DNA from: Rhynchobatus australiae
Lineage: Eukaryota
Direction of reading: 5' to 3'
DNA length: 64,000 nucleotides
NCBI GenBank assembly: GCA_034780895.1
Contig: JAUZTB010000073.1
Coordinates: forward strand, 17,282,386 to 17,346,385
This document shows positions 1 to 11,420 of this stretch, one piece after another; the first letter of the stretch is position 1; every line of letters begins with the position of its first letter. Made by a program: the position numbers and the translations under genes. Under the pieces are notes generated by a model. That model saw nothing but the letters and a program-made list of their open reading frames with translations, was not told the origin of the DNA and ran no database searches.

Positions 1-3000
1 CAAAGGACTCGGTTTATTTAGAAGTTCTTTGAGGAATTTCTAAGCTTCTGCACACCCAAGAGAAAATAAAAGTGTGGCGATAACTCTTGGTTTTGCAACA
101 GCTTTGATTAGATTCACGTGTTTAGTTTTCAAAGCAGGAAAATGGAAAGTGATTTTATTCCCTTTTCACTCAATTATGATGTGAATTCTGGTAGATACTT
201 TATATGAGCTGCACTGTTATTACAGCACTGCATCAGAGCAGTGGTTGTCAGTTCCAATCTACTGTAAAAGCACAATATTTGAAAATTTATGTTGTGACCA
301 AAAAGCCCTTACACATGGAGGTCTTGTACTGGCTCAGCGGATCAACCTTGCCTCTGAAAAAATTATCTGTATAATAAGTTTGGAAGTCCAACTATCAGAC
401 TGAGGCAGACTCCCCCAGAGGTGAAGGATCACAAGGCAAATCTGAATTGACAAACTTGAGACAAAGACTAGTCTAGTCACAATGAGGGATACAGGAGGAT
501 AATGACAGATAGCAGGAGGGTGGGAAGGAGGTGTAGGGAATGGGGAAGTGCAAGAATCTAGATCCCACAAAAAGTGACCATTAGGTTCATCATGCCTGTC
601 ATTTCCATCGAATCACTTCCCGTGTCCTGAAATCCATTCTAACTGATCCCACTTATACTGCCTTCACCATTGCCTCTTTCCAGGTCAATGTATAGTGCAA
701 GTCTGTTCAACTTCATCACAAGCTGAATTGGAAAAGTGAATGACTATGCACGCACTGGCAGCGAGCTTAGATGTTTTCCGATTGCATCCACCCCCTCTCC
801 CCGCCAGTCGTGGCTGTTTTATGCCAAGGGCAGGCTGAAGGTTTCCAATGGTGATGCCAATTCCTTCAATGCTATTTATATTATTGCCATACTGATGCCA
901 ACCTGTCACATCCACAAATACCCACTGGGCAAAATATCTCAAGCAGCCCAAGTACCACCTTCATGTACTACTGTTTTCAAATGATCTGTACTGATAGCAT
1001 GCAAAACAAAGGTTTTCACTGCNNNNNNNNNNNNNNNNNNNNNNNNNNNNNNNNNNNNNNNNGCTCAGAGTCATAAAATTTACAGGCAGACTTAAAAAGT
1101 TCCAGGGTTCTATCCCACGTGTCATTATGAGTGAACTCGATAAAACTGCCATCCAAATTAAAAAGCCTGAGGGTCATTAAGATACTGGGTTGTGAATGAA
1201 ATTAACAGCAGCACAAGAACAACATTATTGGTGAGATAATTTTCTCCACATACAAATCTGTAATCTCTATTCCTGCACTGGAGCAATTTAGTGAAGTATT
1301 TGGATCATTGGAAGATTTATTAGTCATCACATGGAGGAGATGCTGACTATTTCATGTAAAGGATTATATATTTTTAAAAACTTATCTACTGCCGGAGCCC
1401 TTGACTGTTGAAGCAACAGCTGGGAGACAGGTTGTGGCATCTGGCAGGCGGGTGTGATGTTGATTGTTAAATTATCTAGGAAATATCATAAAGTGTAATT
1501 GTAGTGTGTGCACGACAGCGAGAAGCAAAAGGGCATGTATCCAATATTTACACAGCACCACTGATAAGGTGAGCCGGTTTGTTATTTACTTCAAGTCCTG
1601 GGGAGCTGGACCATGAAGGATTATTACAGCTTTTTGGACAAATCTTCTACCTTACAGACATAAACTAGAGAACAATATCACAGAACAATGGCAATGAAGC
1701 TAAGTATATATTTTGCTTCTTGGTTACCATGCCCCTGGCAGTCTCTGGTAGCTGGAGACCAAATCAAAGTTAGCATGGAAACTCTAAGAAAAAATGCTAA
1801 CAACCCCTTTTCCCTGGGTCTTCCTGGTTGTTGGATATTCCAGTGATGGTGCTATTTCCTCCAATGTTGTTACACTTGAATATTTACATCATCTCTATAG
1901 TCGCTAATCCACACATACACAGACAGCCTGCACATGCACAGAATTTGGAGGCCCATAGACGTACAAGTTTAAGGTTCTATCCTACAAAGCACAATTGCCA
2001 TTAAACTCAGAACAGGCTGTATCCAAACTTTTCCTCAATTTCGCCCCACTATCTCAGGCCTGGCCAGTCTCCTCCATAACTGCCTCACTCCCTGTAACCA
2101 CTCTTTCTGGCGTATCGCCAGTATTTGCACTTTCAGCCACTGCAGAGTTTGATCCGGAGCTCTCTCTTCAGAGCAGCTTGGCCTTCCGTGTTTCGATGAG
2201 CTCTGCGAAAATCTCAAAGCCCCCTTTCCTTACTTTTCTTTCCCTTTTGACACAACATCCTTGGATTTTCCCCACCTTTGAAATGTTCCTGGAGAAACGA
2301 AAGTGACAGCTTTACTCGAGAGATAAACACTGCTTCTGAGCTCCAGTCTGATGACATTGACCACATTAGTGCTTCCCCTTCATTCTGCAAACACGTTTTA
2401 AATTGAACATCCTGCTGCTCTCCATGCTCAGCATTTTAAGGACCTAAATCACTTCACTCTCAATCTTCTTTTCACCAATGAAAACATGCCTAATTCTGTA
2501 AGTCTCCTCTTATAATGGAACAGGTNNNNNNNNNNNNNNNNNNNNNNNNNNNNNNNNNNNNNNNNNNNNNNNNNNNNNNNNNNNNNNNNNNNNNNNNNNN
2601 NNNNNNNNNNNNNNNNNNNNNNNNNTAAGTCTCCTCTTATAATGGAACAGGTCACAATTTCTGCATGCTTCACACATTGCTTTTAAATTGGGGACTGGAA
2701 TCAATCTCAAATTGCACTCCCAGATAAACCAGATGCTGAAAAAAAATAAACAGTAATGGGAAACAACTACTTGGGCCAATACGTCTGTCTCTTGTACAAG
2801 ATCAATCCTGTTTAGCTTCTTATAATATCCCTCAATCCTGTCACTCTGCAGAAGGTTCAATGGTGATTTGAATCCCTTCAAATTATTTTCATCAGGAGAA
2901 ACTCATTCCTTTACTTCAACATTCACAATTATTAACTGCCTCACCTCAACACTCTCACTTTTTAACCTGCAATCCCCAATGTTTGAACTCTTTTAATTTT

Positions 3001-5289
3001 GTACTAAGTTTTGCCAGTTCACTTGATTGTCTTGAAAAGCGAGTCACCAACTCTGAGGGAAAAAAATATACAATTTCCCCTCTTTTATCCAAAAAAAGTC
3101 CCTTGTAACCTCTACGAATCCAATGACTTGNNNNNNNNNNNNNNNNNNNNNNNNNNNNNNNNNNNNNNNNNNNNNNNNNNNNNNNNNNNNNNNNNNNNNN
3201 NNNNNNNNNNNNNNNNNNNNNNNNNNNNNNNNNNNNNNNNNNNNNNNNNNNNNNNNNNNNNNNNNNNNNNNNNNNNNNNNNNNNNNNNNNNNNNNNNNNN
3301 NNNNNNNNNNNNNNNNNNNNNNNNNNNNNNNNNNNNNNNNNNNNNNNNNNNNNTCATGGACATATTGGCTGAAACTTCCACATCTGTGGTAAAAATGCTA
3401 ACTAGAGCAAACAAATTTGCCATATGGTTTCCACATTTATTGGCAACATTTGCACTATTTTTAAAATCATATTTTTGATTAGGACATTTATAAGGATAAC
3501 ACACTAGCACTGTATTAACATCAATCACTCCAAGAGCTTGTGGTAGACAGTCCAAGGAGGCCCTAAAACTGTCCAGAGCATTCCAAGACCACCCCTTCAC
3601 TTGCCGAATACAAGACAGCAGAGTCCTAGTAAGGGAGGTCATGTTGCATTGAAAAACCATTTCTAAAGCAGTGGCCAAGCATGGATCTGTTGGGCCAAAT
3701 GACCTGTTCCTACACTAACTATTTTGTATGTGCAGTGTTGAATGTTCACAGGTTTCCATTTATTAAATTGTTCACAGTTAGTAATAAAATTGTACATCTG
3801 GAATTTAATTGAGTTGTTCATAGCAGTTTCACACTGACATTCATATTGGGTTCAAAGTCACAGTCTCCCCCCCCCCCCAAAAAAAACAATTCTTTTGTGG
3901 CTGTAGAGTTTTAATTTCAATTAAACTTTATTAAATTATTAAATGATTTCTGTATTGAAAAGTCAAGCTCTTCTTCAGCTACAGATGCTACTGACATCGT
4001 CCAGCATTTGAATGACGCTCCTATATCCAAAAGTCCATTCCAATTCATTTCAAGCAAAGATAAAAGGAAATGCCCCATTTGGCAGATGACAGCCCTCCCA
4101 ACCATGGCCTGTGATCACTTTCTTCAATGGAACCATTCTTCTACCTAACACTGCAGAGGATAGCACTCAGTGCCCTAAATACTCAGTCTGCTTCCTCTGT
4201 ACTGCTCTATCAACTAGTAGGGGTATATTTTTATGGAATGGAGTATGACATATATAATCTTGTTACAGAACAAATATCTCTGTCCTATTAAACAACTCAG
4301 ACGTAGTTTCTGTCATTGACCTACTGGGTCCAAATGGGGTGCCCAATATAATGTTTTCTAAGACAGAGGCCACAGGTTGTTCCCAAAGCCATTACCTTCC
4401 ATGGGAATGTGGGGAGAGGTGGCAGCTTTCAAAACACGCCTGGTTACTAGAAGTTTGGCTACTACTGTTAACAGGCCTGCTGAGTATAAATGGTCATTGG
4501 AGGAATATGCCTCTNNNNNNNNNNNNNNNNNNNNNNNNNNNNNNNNNNNNNNNNNNNNNNNNNNNNNNNNNNNNNNNNNNNNNNNNNNNNNNNNNNNNNN
4601 NNNNNNNNNNNNNNAGGGCAGTGATCTCATCACTAGCAGTCAAAAGGATATAGTTAAATGTTTGAAGATTGGTCAAGAAAATGGCTGTAATGTTAACCTT
4701 AGAATTAGGTGACACTGAGGTTATAATAGTCACTGTATAGTGTGATTTTTATTTCAGCCTGGATCACTGAATCTGGGTAGCTTCCTCGAATAATCCAGTG
4801 AACAAATGAACTGGGTTTCCAAATGATTACAGCGAAGGGGTGCAGGACAATTCCCACAACATTCCTGCCTTCTTCTCCAAATCAATCTTTCCCCAGACCT
4901 CAGACTAAAAACACTTTGCCCCATCTTCACTTCTGAGCTTCAGCTTGGCAAAACAAAGTTGCTCTCCACTGACCTCATTTTCTCTCCTCATTTACACCTC
5001 CAGTAGTGTTCTTCACTCTGCACCTGTGCCCTTCAACTGGGCTTCACACTGAAAAGAATCCACATTCCGAACCAGTTATTAAAAAAGGTACAAAGTTTAC
5101 ACTGTGACATGGTTCTGTGGAACTGAAAACAAAAGGATGAAAAATTCCAAGGGGCAATGTGAGCAGGGGACTGGGATTGACCCTCAGTAAAGACCCCATA
5201 TATTCAATTACAGATAACAAAACCCAAGGCTATGCAGATCTGGGTTTACGCTAACACCCATACTTGGGCACAAAAAAAATCTATGAATG

Positions 5290-5560
5290 AGAAGGGCATT
5301 CGGCTTCTTGAATGTCTTCCACCATTTAACATGATAATGCCTGATCAACTCTACCTTCCCATCTACCCAAGGTAACCTCTCACTCCCACCTTGTCAAAAA
5401 TCCATCTGCATTTGCCTTAAATAAAATATTCAAATACTCTGCTTCCAGCACCTTTCGCGGAAGTGAGTTCCAAAGGCAAATGATTATCAGGGAGAAATCG
5501 CTTCATCTTTGTTTTAAGCAGATGACCCCCATTTCGAAACAGAGACCCCAAGTTATAGAA
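5290..5560 (-). mobile_element. CR1-type LINE 3' fragment
   Basis: Same tail motifs as other copies; minus frame includes KTKMKRFLP and LELTSAKG shadows of the ORF2 end. Confidence 0.6.
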
Positions 5561-7589
5561 AATAACCTCATGGTTACATCCAAGTAAAGAGCAGCCAGGT
5601 CTTCCATGGACTCCATTCCGTACCTCAGGGCTTCTACTCCTGGCCCCTGTTGCATCTACGTAGTCCCTCATTTGTCAGAAACTGCTGTGAAACACATTCA
5701 CACTTTATACTCTCAGTTTTTCAGAGACTGGGAGAGGCACTTATTTCAAGTAGAATTTCTTTTGAGAAAGAGGCTTTCACAGTTTGAACCTACTTCACTA
5801 CAGATTATGCATTTACATTTCATTCAGTTAAAGTTACATTCAATTAGTGCACAGCAGAGAAAAATGCTATGATGGAAATAAGAAATGGTGGTTATGTTAC
5901 AGAATATAGAGACATGCTAAAGGACAACAGGCCAGAAACAAGCCATGGGGCAGGCCTTTCTTAAAGCATTCCCAAACTGGGCACTGCTCCCAGTAATTCA
6001 CGTCAGATGGAGAGATTCGAGAGTTTTAGATCCTCATGCTCTTGCCAATCCGCAGCCAGAAGTCAGGATCAGCCCAGTGACCAGAGAGGATTGCATCACA
6101 GCTTTAGAGGGAAGTAGGTTAGCAGGAGCAGCATTGCAGTGGGGAGCAGGAACCAGTCTCGCCATCGCAACCCTACAACAACATTGGGCTAATCTACTCT
6201 CAATACCTTAAACTGGGAGAAAAAACAATAAACCCTATAATACTGCTGGCTCCCTGAGTTTCCACAACTGGTTAAAACTTTAGAATACCCAGTTTGCATC
6301 TTTAAATCTCCGCAACATCAACATTTCGGTTGCCCGTTTGGGTGCTTTTATGGAAGTCCGCTAACAGAGATCCATTGCNNNNNNNNNNNTGTAATATGAC
6401 GTGCCATCTTAACCTGGTGTAATGATGAACTGCTTTTGGTCAACCAGCTTGAATTTGAAAAGATTAAAGAAATATACATCATATTCATACTGAAAGCTCA
6501 GCACTGTGGGATTGGTACATCTATGACACAGGATGATTAAAAACAAAATTCCCTCACTGTTCATGCTCAGACGTTGCAAATAATAAGTACACATAATTTC
6601 TTAGCACATATCGGAAAGATGCTGAAACCTCCTGGCTGGTTGCATACCCAACAGGTATGTCTTGGACACAAGTGAACTCAAACACCAATCTTCTTTCATC
6701 AGCACACCGAATTAGATTGAATACATACCAAAAAAGCCATTTTTCATAGAAAAAGAATGTATGGGGAGCATGAGAGGGGCGTGGGAGTTGAGAGAAAAGG
6801 ATGAGGAAGTGCGAGCGAGAGGGCAAAGAGAGGGAGCAGCAATCTGATAATCTATTTCAGTGCTGTTCTTTGGGGAAAAATATTATCCAAAACATCAGGA
6901 TCTTTAAAATAAAACAGTCCAAAGCCTATTTGGGTCTGCAGTGGATTGGATGGAGCCTGTTGTTCTGTGGATGTTTAAAGGACAACTTTTCCAGCAGAGA
7001 TTTTAAAACTGTCATGGTTGGTAGTTCATTCATGAAATACTGAGGTGGTGTTCGAATGACCACTCACCAGGGACTGATAAATATACAAGTAACATAATTT
7101 ACAGCAGACTCATTTATTATACAAAGGCGGCCACAAAACATTCTTTGGACACTGATAGATGCACGGCTTTTTTATTCTGCTGCAGCTCAGAATTGAAAGG
7201 AGACCATTGGGTTGCTTTTAATCGGTCATTAAACCATCAGTGGACAAGATGTCAGCAATGGCACATGACTGTGGTCTCCTTGGTTTGCTGCTGGAGGCTG
7301 CCCCTGAGCATCCAGCATGGTGCCACACCGCTTGTGGTGCCAGGCTCTGTTCACAGCCCTGTACTGAATGTTCCATTGCCGATTTATTTTCGGCTCTTTG
7401 AAGTCTGTGCAGAGCTGCTTCAAGTCCTGAGCTGCCCTTCTTCAGTGAGATGGCACATTGACTGTACCGAGGACAGCTGCAGCACAGCCAGTGACTCAGA
7501 GGCTCATCAGCACACAAACCAAGGCAGGGAGAGGTCTCTCTCACTGCGTGACAATTAATGCAGAACCAATATACCCAACTCTATTAGAA

Positions 7590-7757
7590 AGATGATGCAG
7601 AGACACAGAAACTAATGTAGGCCATTGGAGCCTGCTTCACCATTTAGAGCGATTAGGGCTGATCATTCACTTCAGTATCCTGTCCCAACTTTCTCCCTTC
7701 AGCAATAAATACGTCTACTTCCTTCTGAATATATTTAATGACTTGTCGTCTGCTGCC
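7590..7757 (-). mobile_element. CR1-type LINE 3' fragment, left half of the copy interrupted by the ERV
   Basis: gtaggccatt...cctgcttcaccatt...ggctgatc...gaatatatttaatgac; same tail as the copies at 14.9 kb and 36.6 kb. Confidence 0.7.
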
Positions 7758-7759
7758 AT

Positions 7760-7861
7760 GATGGAGCCTGGCAGCAGAGGATGAGTCTGCAAGCGGCTTG
7801 TTTTGTTTGCGGACAGCCTGGCCACTGGGCTCCAGAGTGCCCCTGGCCAAGGCAACACTGA
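7760..7861 (+). pseudogene. gag: ERV gag C-terminal remnant (nucleocapsid zinc knuckle)
   Basis: Frame from 7796 reads ACFVCGQPGHWAPECPWPRQH*; CFVCGQPGHWAPEC (7799-7840) is an exact C-X2-C-X4-H-X4-C motif. Confidence 0.88.
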
Positions 7862-7982
7862 TGGTTAACGATTTCTGCCTCCACAAGCTGCGCAATTCAC
7901 TTTAAACAACCCATTTGATCAAAATCCCCAGTGGCCACAACCATGGTGCCACACCCAAATTCTGCCCATTATGAAGGTTTCG

Positions 7983-8265
7983 GAGCCTGCTATTCTATTC
8001 CCTTTACTGTAAATGGAAAACAACTTGATTTCTTAATTGATACTGGAGCCACATTCCATAATTCATGCTTCCAATGGGCCATTAGCACCATTGAGCAATG
8101 AATCGCTCAGTGTTGTGGGACCTTTGGGACAGCCAGTCTCTTTACCCATTTCTCAGAAGGTTACTTATCAGCTTCAGGGAGACCAAGGGGAACATCAGTT
8201 TCTTATAAGCATGGAACCCTCCAGCTAATTTGTTGGGTTGGGATCTCCTCTGCAAGCTAGGTTGT
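7983..8265 (+). pseudogene. pro: ERV aspartyl protease remnant
   Basis: FTVNGKQLDFLIDTGA (DTGA at 8039-8050), frameshift into HSIIHASNGPLAPLSNESLSVVGPLGQPV...HQFLIS, then another frameshift into PANLLGWDLLCKLG (from 8221), equivalent to the retroviral NLLGRDLL motif. Confidence 0.92.
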
Positions 8266-8833
8266 ATGTTGGTATGTTCCTCTAGAGTACAACTTGAAGT
8301 ACCAGAAACTGTATTCCCAACTGTCTGCCTTGTTAGAAGAGACTGCTCAGTAGTGGAAGTTTACTAACAAATCTTTGTCTACAAGGGTGTTATCCACAGT
8401 TAAACAACTGCTGAAACTCCTGGAAGCCTGCAGTGCTGGGAAAATACCTGTACATGACATCCGAGTGGCATACAACTCTGCAGAGGGTCTGGACCATTTA
8501 TATGAAGAATCTGTGNNNNNNNNNNNNNNNNNNNNNNNNNNNNNTCCTTCTATTACTAATTTCACCCCTTGTGTGGGTCACGAAGGCATTGCTGCTGCTG
8601 CAAACTACCACCTGATGGAGACCCACTTTTACAAATGCTGCCCAGTGGTTTACCATCTTATGCCAAACACCAAAGGCCATCCATTCTAACCCAGAAGGAA
8701 CCCTCTCAGGTTTTTCCCAAGGAAGTTGCCTTCACCTACAGCAAATCTGTGTCTTATCCCACCAATTTCAGACAAGTTTCGAACATCACATAATGATGAC
8801 ATCACTGACTGTTTACTCTGCCAAGCACCTGTG

Positions 8834-9013
8834 GGTTTCCTCACCCCTTCGGGAACCCCAGTACGGCACGGTGAATTAATTGCCAATCTCCTTTCTGCTA
8901 TTCAAATGCCTTCTGCAATTGCTGTTATTAAATGTACGGCTGATACTAATGGAAATAATGAAATGTCCAAAGGTAATAAACTGGCTGATTCTGCTGCAAA
9001 GGCAGCAGCAGCG
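8834..9013 (+). pseudogene. pol: ERV pol RNase H C-terminal half
   Basis: GFLTPSGTPVRHGELIANLLSAIQMPSAIAVIKCTADTNGNNEMSKGNKLADSAAKAAA, a typical class I RNase H ending (GN..AD..AK.AA). Confidence 0.92.
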
Positions 9014-9149
9014 GACTCACATGGGCATGTGGTACCCTGATCTGTTCAGACTGCCAGCCCCTTCCCAAACTCTGCTGATGAACTTGTACATTTATAGTGT
9101 GATGCATCAGAAACCAAAAAGACTCTGTGGACTTTATACAATTACTTAA

Positions 9150-9770
9150 ATGTATGGGTTATAATTATATACTTGTTATTGTGTTTGTTGTCCCAATGGG
9201 TAGAAGCCTATCTGACTTGTAGAAATGCTGCTGCACCTGTTGCTGAACTTTTATTTCAAGAATTCATTCCTAGGTTTGGAATCCCTGAGAAGATATCAAG
9301 TGATAAACACTATGCAGTGTAAACACCACTTCACTTGCTGAACCACCCACTATCAGAGTGGAACCCTGGCTAATCTATGCAAGGAAATGGGACTGAAATG
9401 GCTAGAGGCACTTCCACTGGCCCTCGTGACAATGCACTGTGCTTCAAACTGCATAACAGGCCTATCTCCACGAGAGAGTATTGGGACATGCCTCCCCTTT
9501 CAGTCAAACAGATGGACATCCATATGGCACTAACATGAACTCTTAAATTTCTATCAACAGGTAATTGAAGCCCAGAAGGTTGTGACAACCACAGAGTGCT
9601 GTACCTACCAGCTGGGAGTTTGGGTACTCATGAAATCCTATCGACAGGAAAATAGCCTTGAACCCCAGTGGGAAGGTCCACATCAAGTGTTGCTGATCAT
9701 GCACACTGCCGTGAAGCTCCAAGGGAAACAGACTTGGGTCCACACATCGCATGCCAACCTGCTGCACCAC
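9150..9770 (+). pseudogene. pol: ERV pol integrase remnant (core and C-terminal domain; HHCC domain not seen)
   Basis: GYNYILVIV / SQWVEAYLTCRNAAAPVAELLFQEFIPRFGIPEKISSD (frameshift near 9184); MGLKWLEALPLALVTMHCASNCITGLSP; C-terminal LEPQWEGPHQVLLIMHTAVKLQGKQTWVHTSH. Confidence 0.92.
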
Positions 9771-9899
9771 TGGACCAGGGAACCATTGGCAAAGACAACC
9801 CCGAGGACAAGGACCAACTGAATTATCTGATCACTATCATTCACAGTTTTTAGTCATTGTGTGTTTTAGGTTGTGGAAATTCTGCGTGCCTGTCCTTTG

Positions 9900-10605
9900 C
9901 TTAAGCACAGAACTGCACTTTTTACTTCTTAGTTCCGAAACACTCTGCATTCCAATCAGTCAAGTTGCTGGGTCTGTTCTAGTGGACCCACACATTCAGC
10001 AGTAGGTGTTCCCTTGGATCCTGTCCTCTATTTTTTCTGAAATGGAAGCTTGGCGCCATTTCAACAACAGGACTAGGAAAACCCAGCAGTACCTAGTGGT
10101 TGGGGAGGGCACTGGGAAAGAATCAGGAGGACCCAAGACTGGTGCTGTTGGGAAGCAAGGCTGGGGCATTGGACTGCAGTCTGAAGGAGAGATGTATACC
10201 ATCTCCCAGCATGTAGGCACCGGCTCTGATGGGGTGAAGAATGCACCTGCCAATGGGAAGGTACAATCCAGGTGGGAAATAGTGCGTGTAGATTCAATAA
10301 CACGCAAGCTACTGCACCACCCCTGACCCTTAACGGGACCTATAAGGATGGAAAGTGTGTTGCTATATGGCCTACGTAATACCGCATATGCGCCACCTGT
10401 GGTCACTTTCTCTTCATCTAGCTGTGCAGGGGTGCCAAAGGGCCATCACAGAGGCTGAATGCTTCTGGACAATAATAGCCCCATTCTGGACTAGCTTGCT
10501 AAAACGTCACTGATTTGGCCACACACATCCAGGAGGAGGCTGACAAGGTCAGAAAGATTGGGCAGGAGTTACAGAGGAAACCCTCGTCACCTTGGGGACC
10601 CTTTA
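9900..10605 (+). pseudogene. env: ERV env remnant (gamma-type SU with CXXC; partial TM)
   Basis: NQSSCWVCSSGPTHSAVGVPL (CWVC 9966-9977); WKVCCYMAYVIPHMR near the SU end; GCQR|AITEAECFWTIIAP at 10430-10480 (degenerate cleavage site plus fusion-peptide-like start); NVTDLATHIQEEADKVRKIGQELQRKPSSPWGPF before the gap. Confidence 0.8.
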
Positions 10606-10853
10606 NNNNNNNNNNNNNNNNNNNNNNNNNNNNNNNNNNNNNNNNNNNNNNNNNNNNNNNNNNNNNNNNNNNNNNNNNNNNNNNNNNNNNNNNNNNNNNN
10701 NNNNNNNNNNNNNNNNNNNNNNNNNNNNNNNNNNNNNNNNNNNNNNNNNNNNNNNNNNNNNNNNNNNNNNNNNNNNNNNNNNNNNNNNNNNNNNNNNNNN
10801 NNNNNNNNNNNNNNNNNNNNNNNNNNNNNNNNNNNNNNNNNNNNNNNNNNNNN

Positions 10854-11300
10854 AAGATAGTGTACAGGAAGAGATGGTTTGCAGACAGTCTGCAGACACC
10901 TGTGCTGAGCAAGTTCCTCAAGGGCCGAGCTCTTCTTTGTACAGCATGGGAGCTGAGGTCACCGGGCACACCAAGACAAAAGGGTGTACACGAAAGATTG
11001 CAAGGCACACACCGACTATTGGACAATTACTTTACTAACTCGAAGGTATTATTGGCCATTAACATGTAATTTTTATTGGTCATTAACACCTATATTAATA
11101 GTATTTTATGTATGCAAACGAGGGATTCTAAGGTGCCCAAAGATTTTTAATTGATCAATATCTGTTTAAAAAAGACAACTTTGTTGAAACTAGGGAATAG
11201 TTCAGTGACGGGGCTGGACTGTTCCCCTTGTGCACAAGTAAATAAAGTGTGATTGAGAAACGAGAGCAAGTTGTCAGAACCCAGTTAATCGGCAATGACA
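10854..11300 (+). promoter_or_regulatory. Putative 3' LTR of the ERV (5' edge and PPT hidden in N gap 10606-10853)
   Basis: Follows env. Three ATTGG (inverted CCAAT) boxes at 11018, 11051 and 11075, two within a 15-bp near-direct repeat (tattggYcattaaca). TTTAAAAAA at 11165, AATAAA at 11241-11246, terminal ...TGACA at 11300, then host LINE sequence resumes. Confidence 0.72.
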
Positions 11301-11420
11301 GAGAATTCCACAGATTCACCGTCCTCTGGGTGAAGGAACTTCCCCTGATCTTGGTTCTTAAAAGGGCTCCCTGCATCCTGAGGCTGTGCCACTTGGTTCT
11401 GACCTTCTCCAGTCCTCAGG
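11301..11420 (-). mobile_element. CR1-type LINE fragment, right half of the interrupted copy
   Basis: Minus frame reads KIRGSSFTQRTVNLWNSL, the hallmark CR1 ORF2 C-terminal motif (FFTQRVVNLWNSLP). Confidence 0.75.

Larger units (their letters stand above)
7760..11300 (+). mobile_element. Degenerate, internally deleted class I endogenous retrovirus (gamma/epsilon-like): gag-pro-pol-env-3'LTR, no 5' LTR seen
   Basis: Colinear retroviral motifs on +: CCHC knuckle (7799), DTGA protease (8039), RNase H (8834), integrase (9150-9770), env CWVC (9966) and SU/TM junction (10440), LTR-like tail with AATAAA ending in CA (11300). Many frameshifts, stops and deletions. Confidence 0.92.

Noticed and set aside
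1995-2306. 103-aa + ORF, and a good minus-strand acceptor near 2290 as a possible NECTIN1 last exon
   Set aside because: All three minus frames stop within about 20-40 codons, with no TM segment or E/A-x-Y-V motif; the + ORF has no recognisable homology.
2499-2652. Direct repeat flanking a 100-N gap (also 15352-15580, 21394-21537, 24531-24738, 59295-59503, 63316-63500)
   Set aside because: Identical or near-identical sequence on both sides of scaffold gaps, mostly exactly 100 N, is the signature of unmerged contig overlaps rather than biological duplication or TSDs.
8620-8830. Possible RT motifs (AAQWFTIL, VAFTY)
   Set aside because: Too short and scattered over frames; no LPQG or YxDD motif seen, so RT is not annotated.
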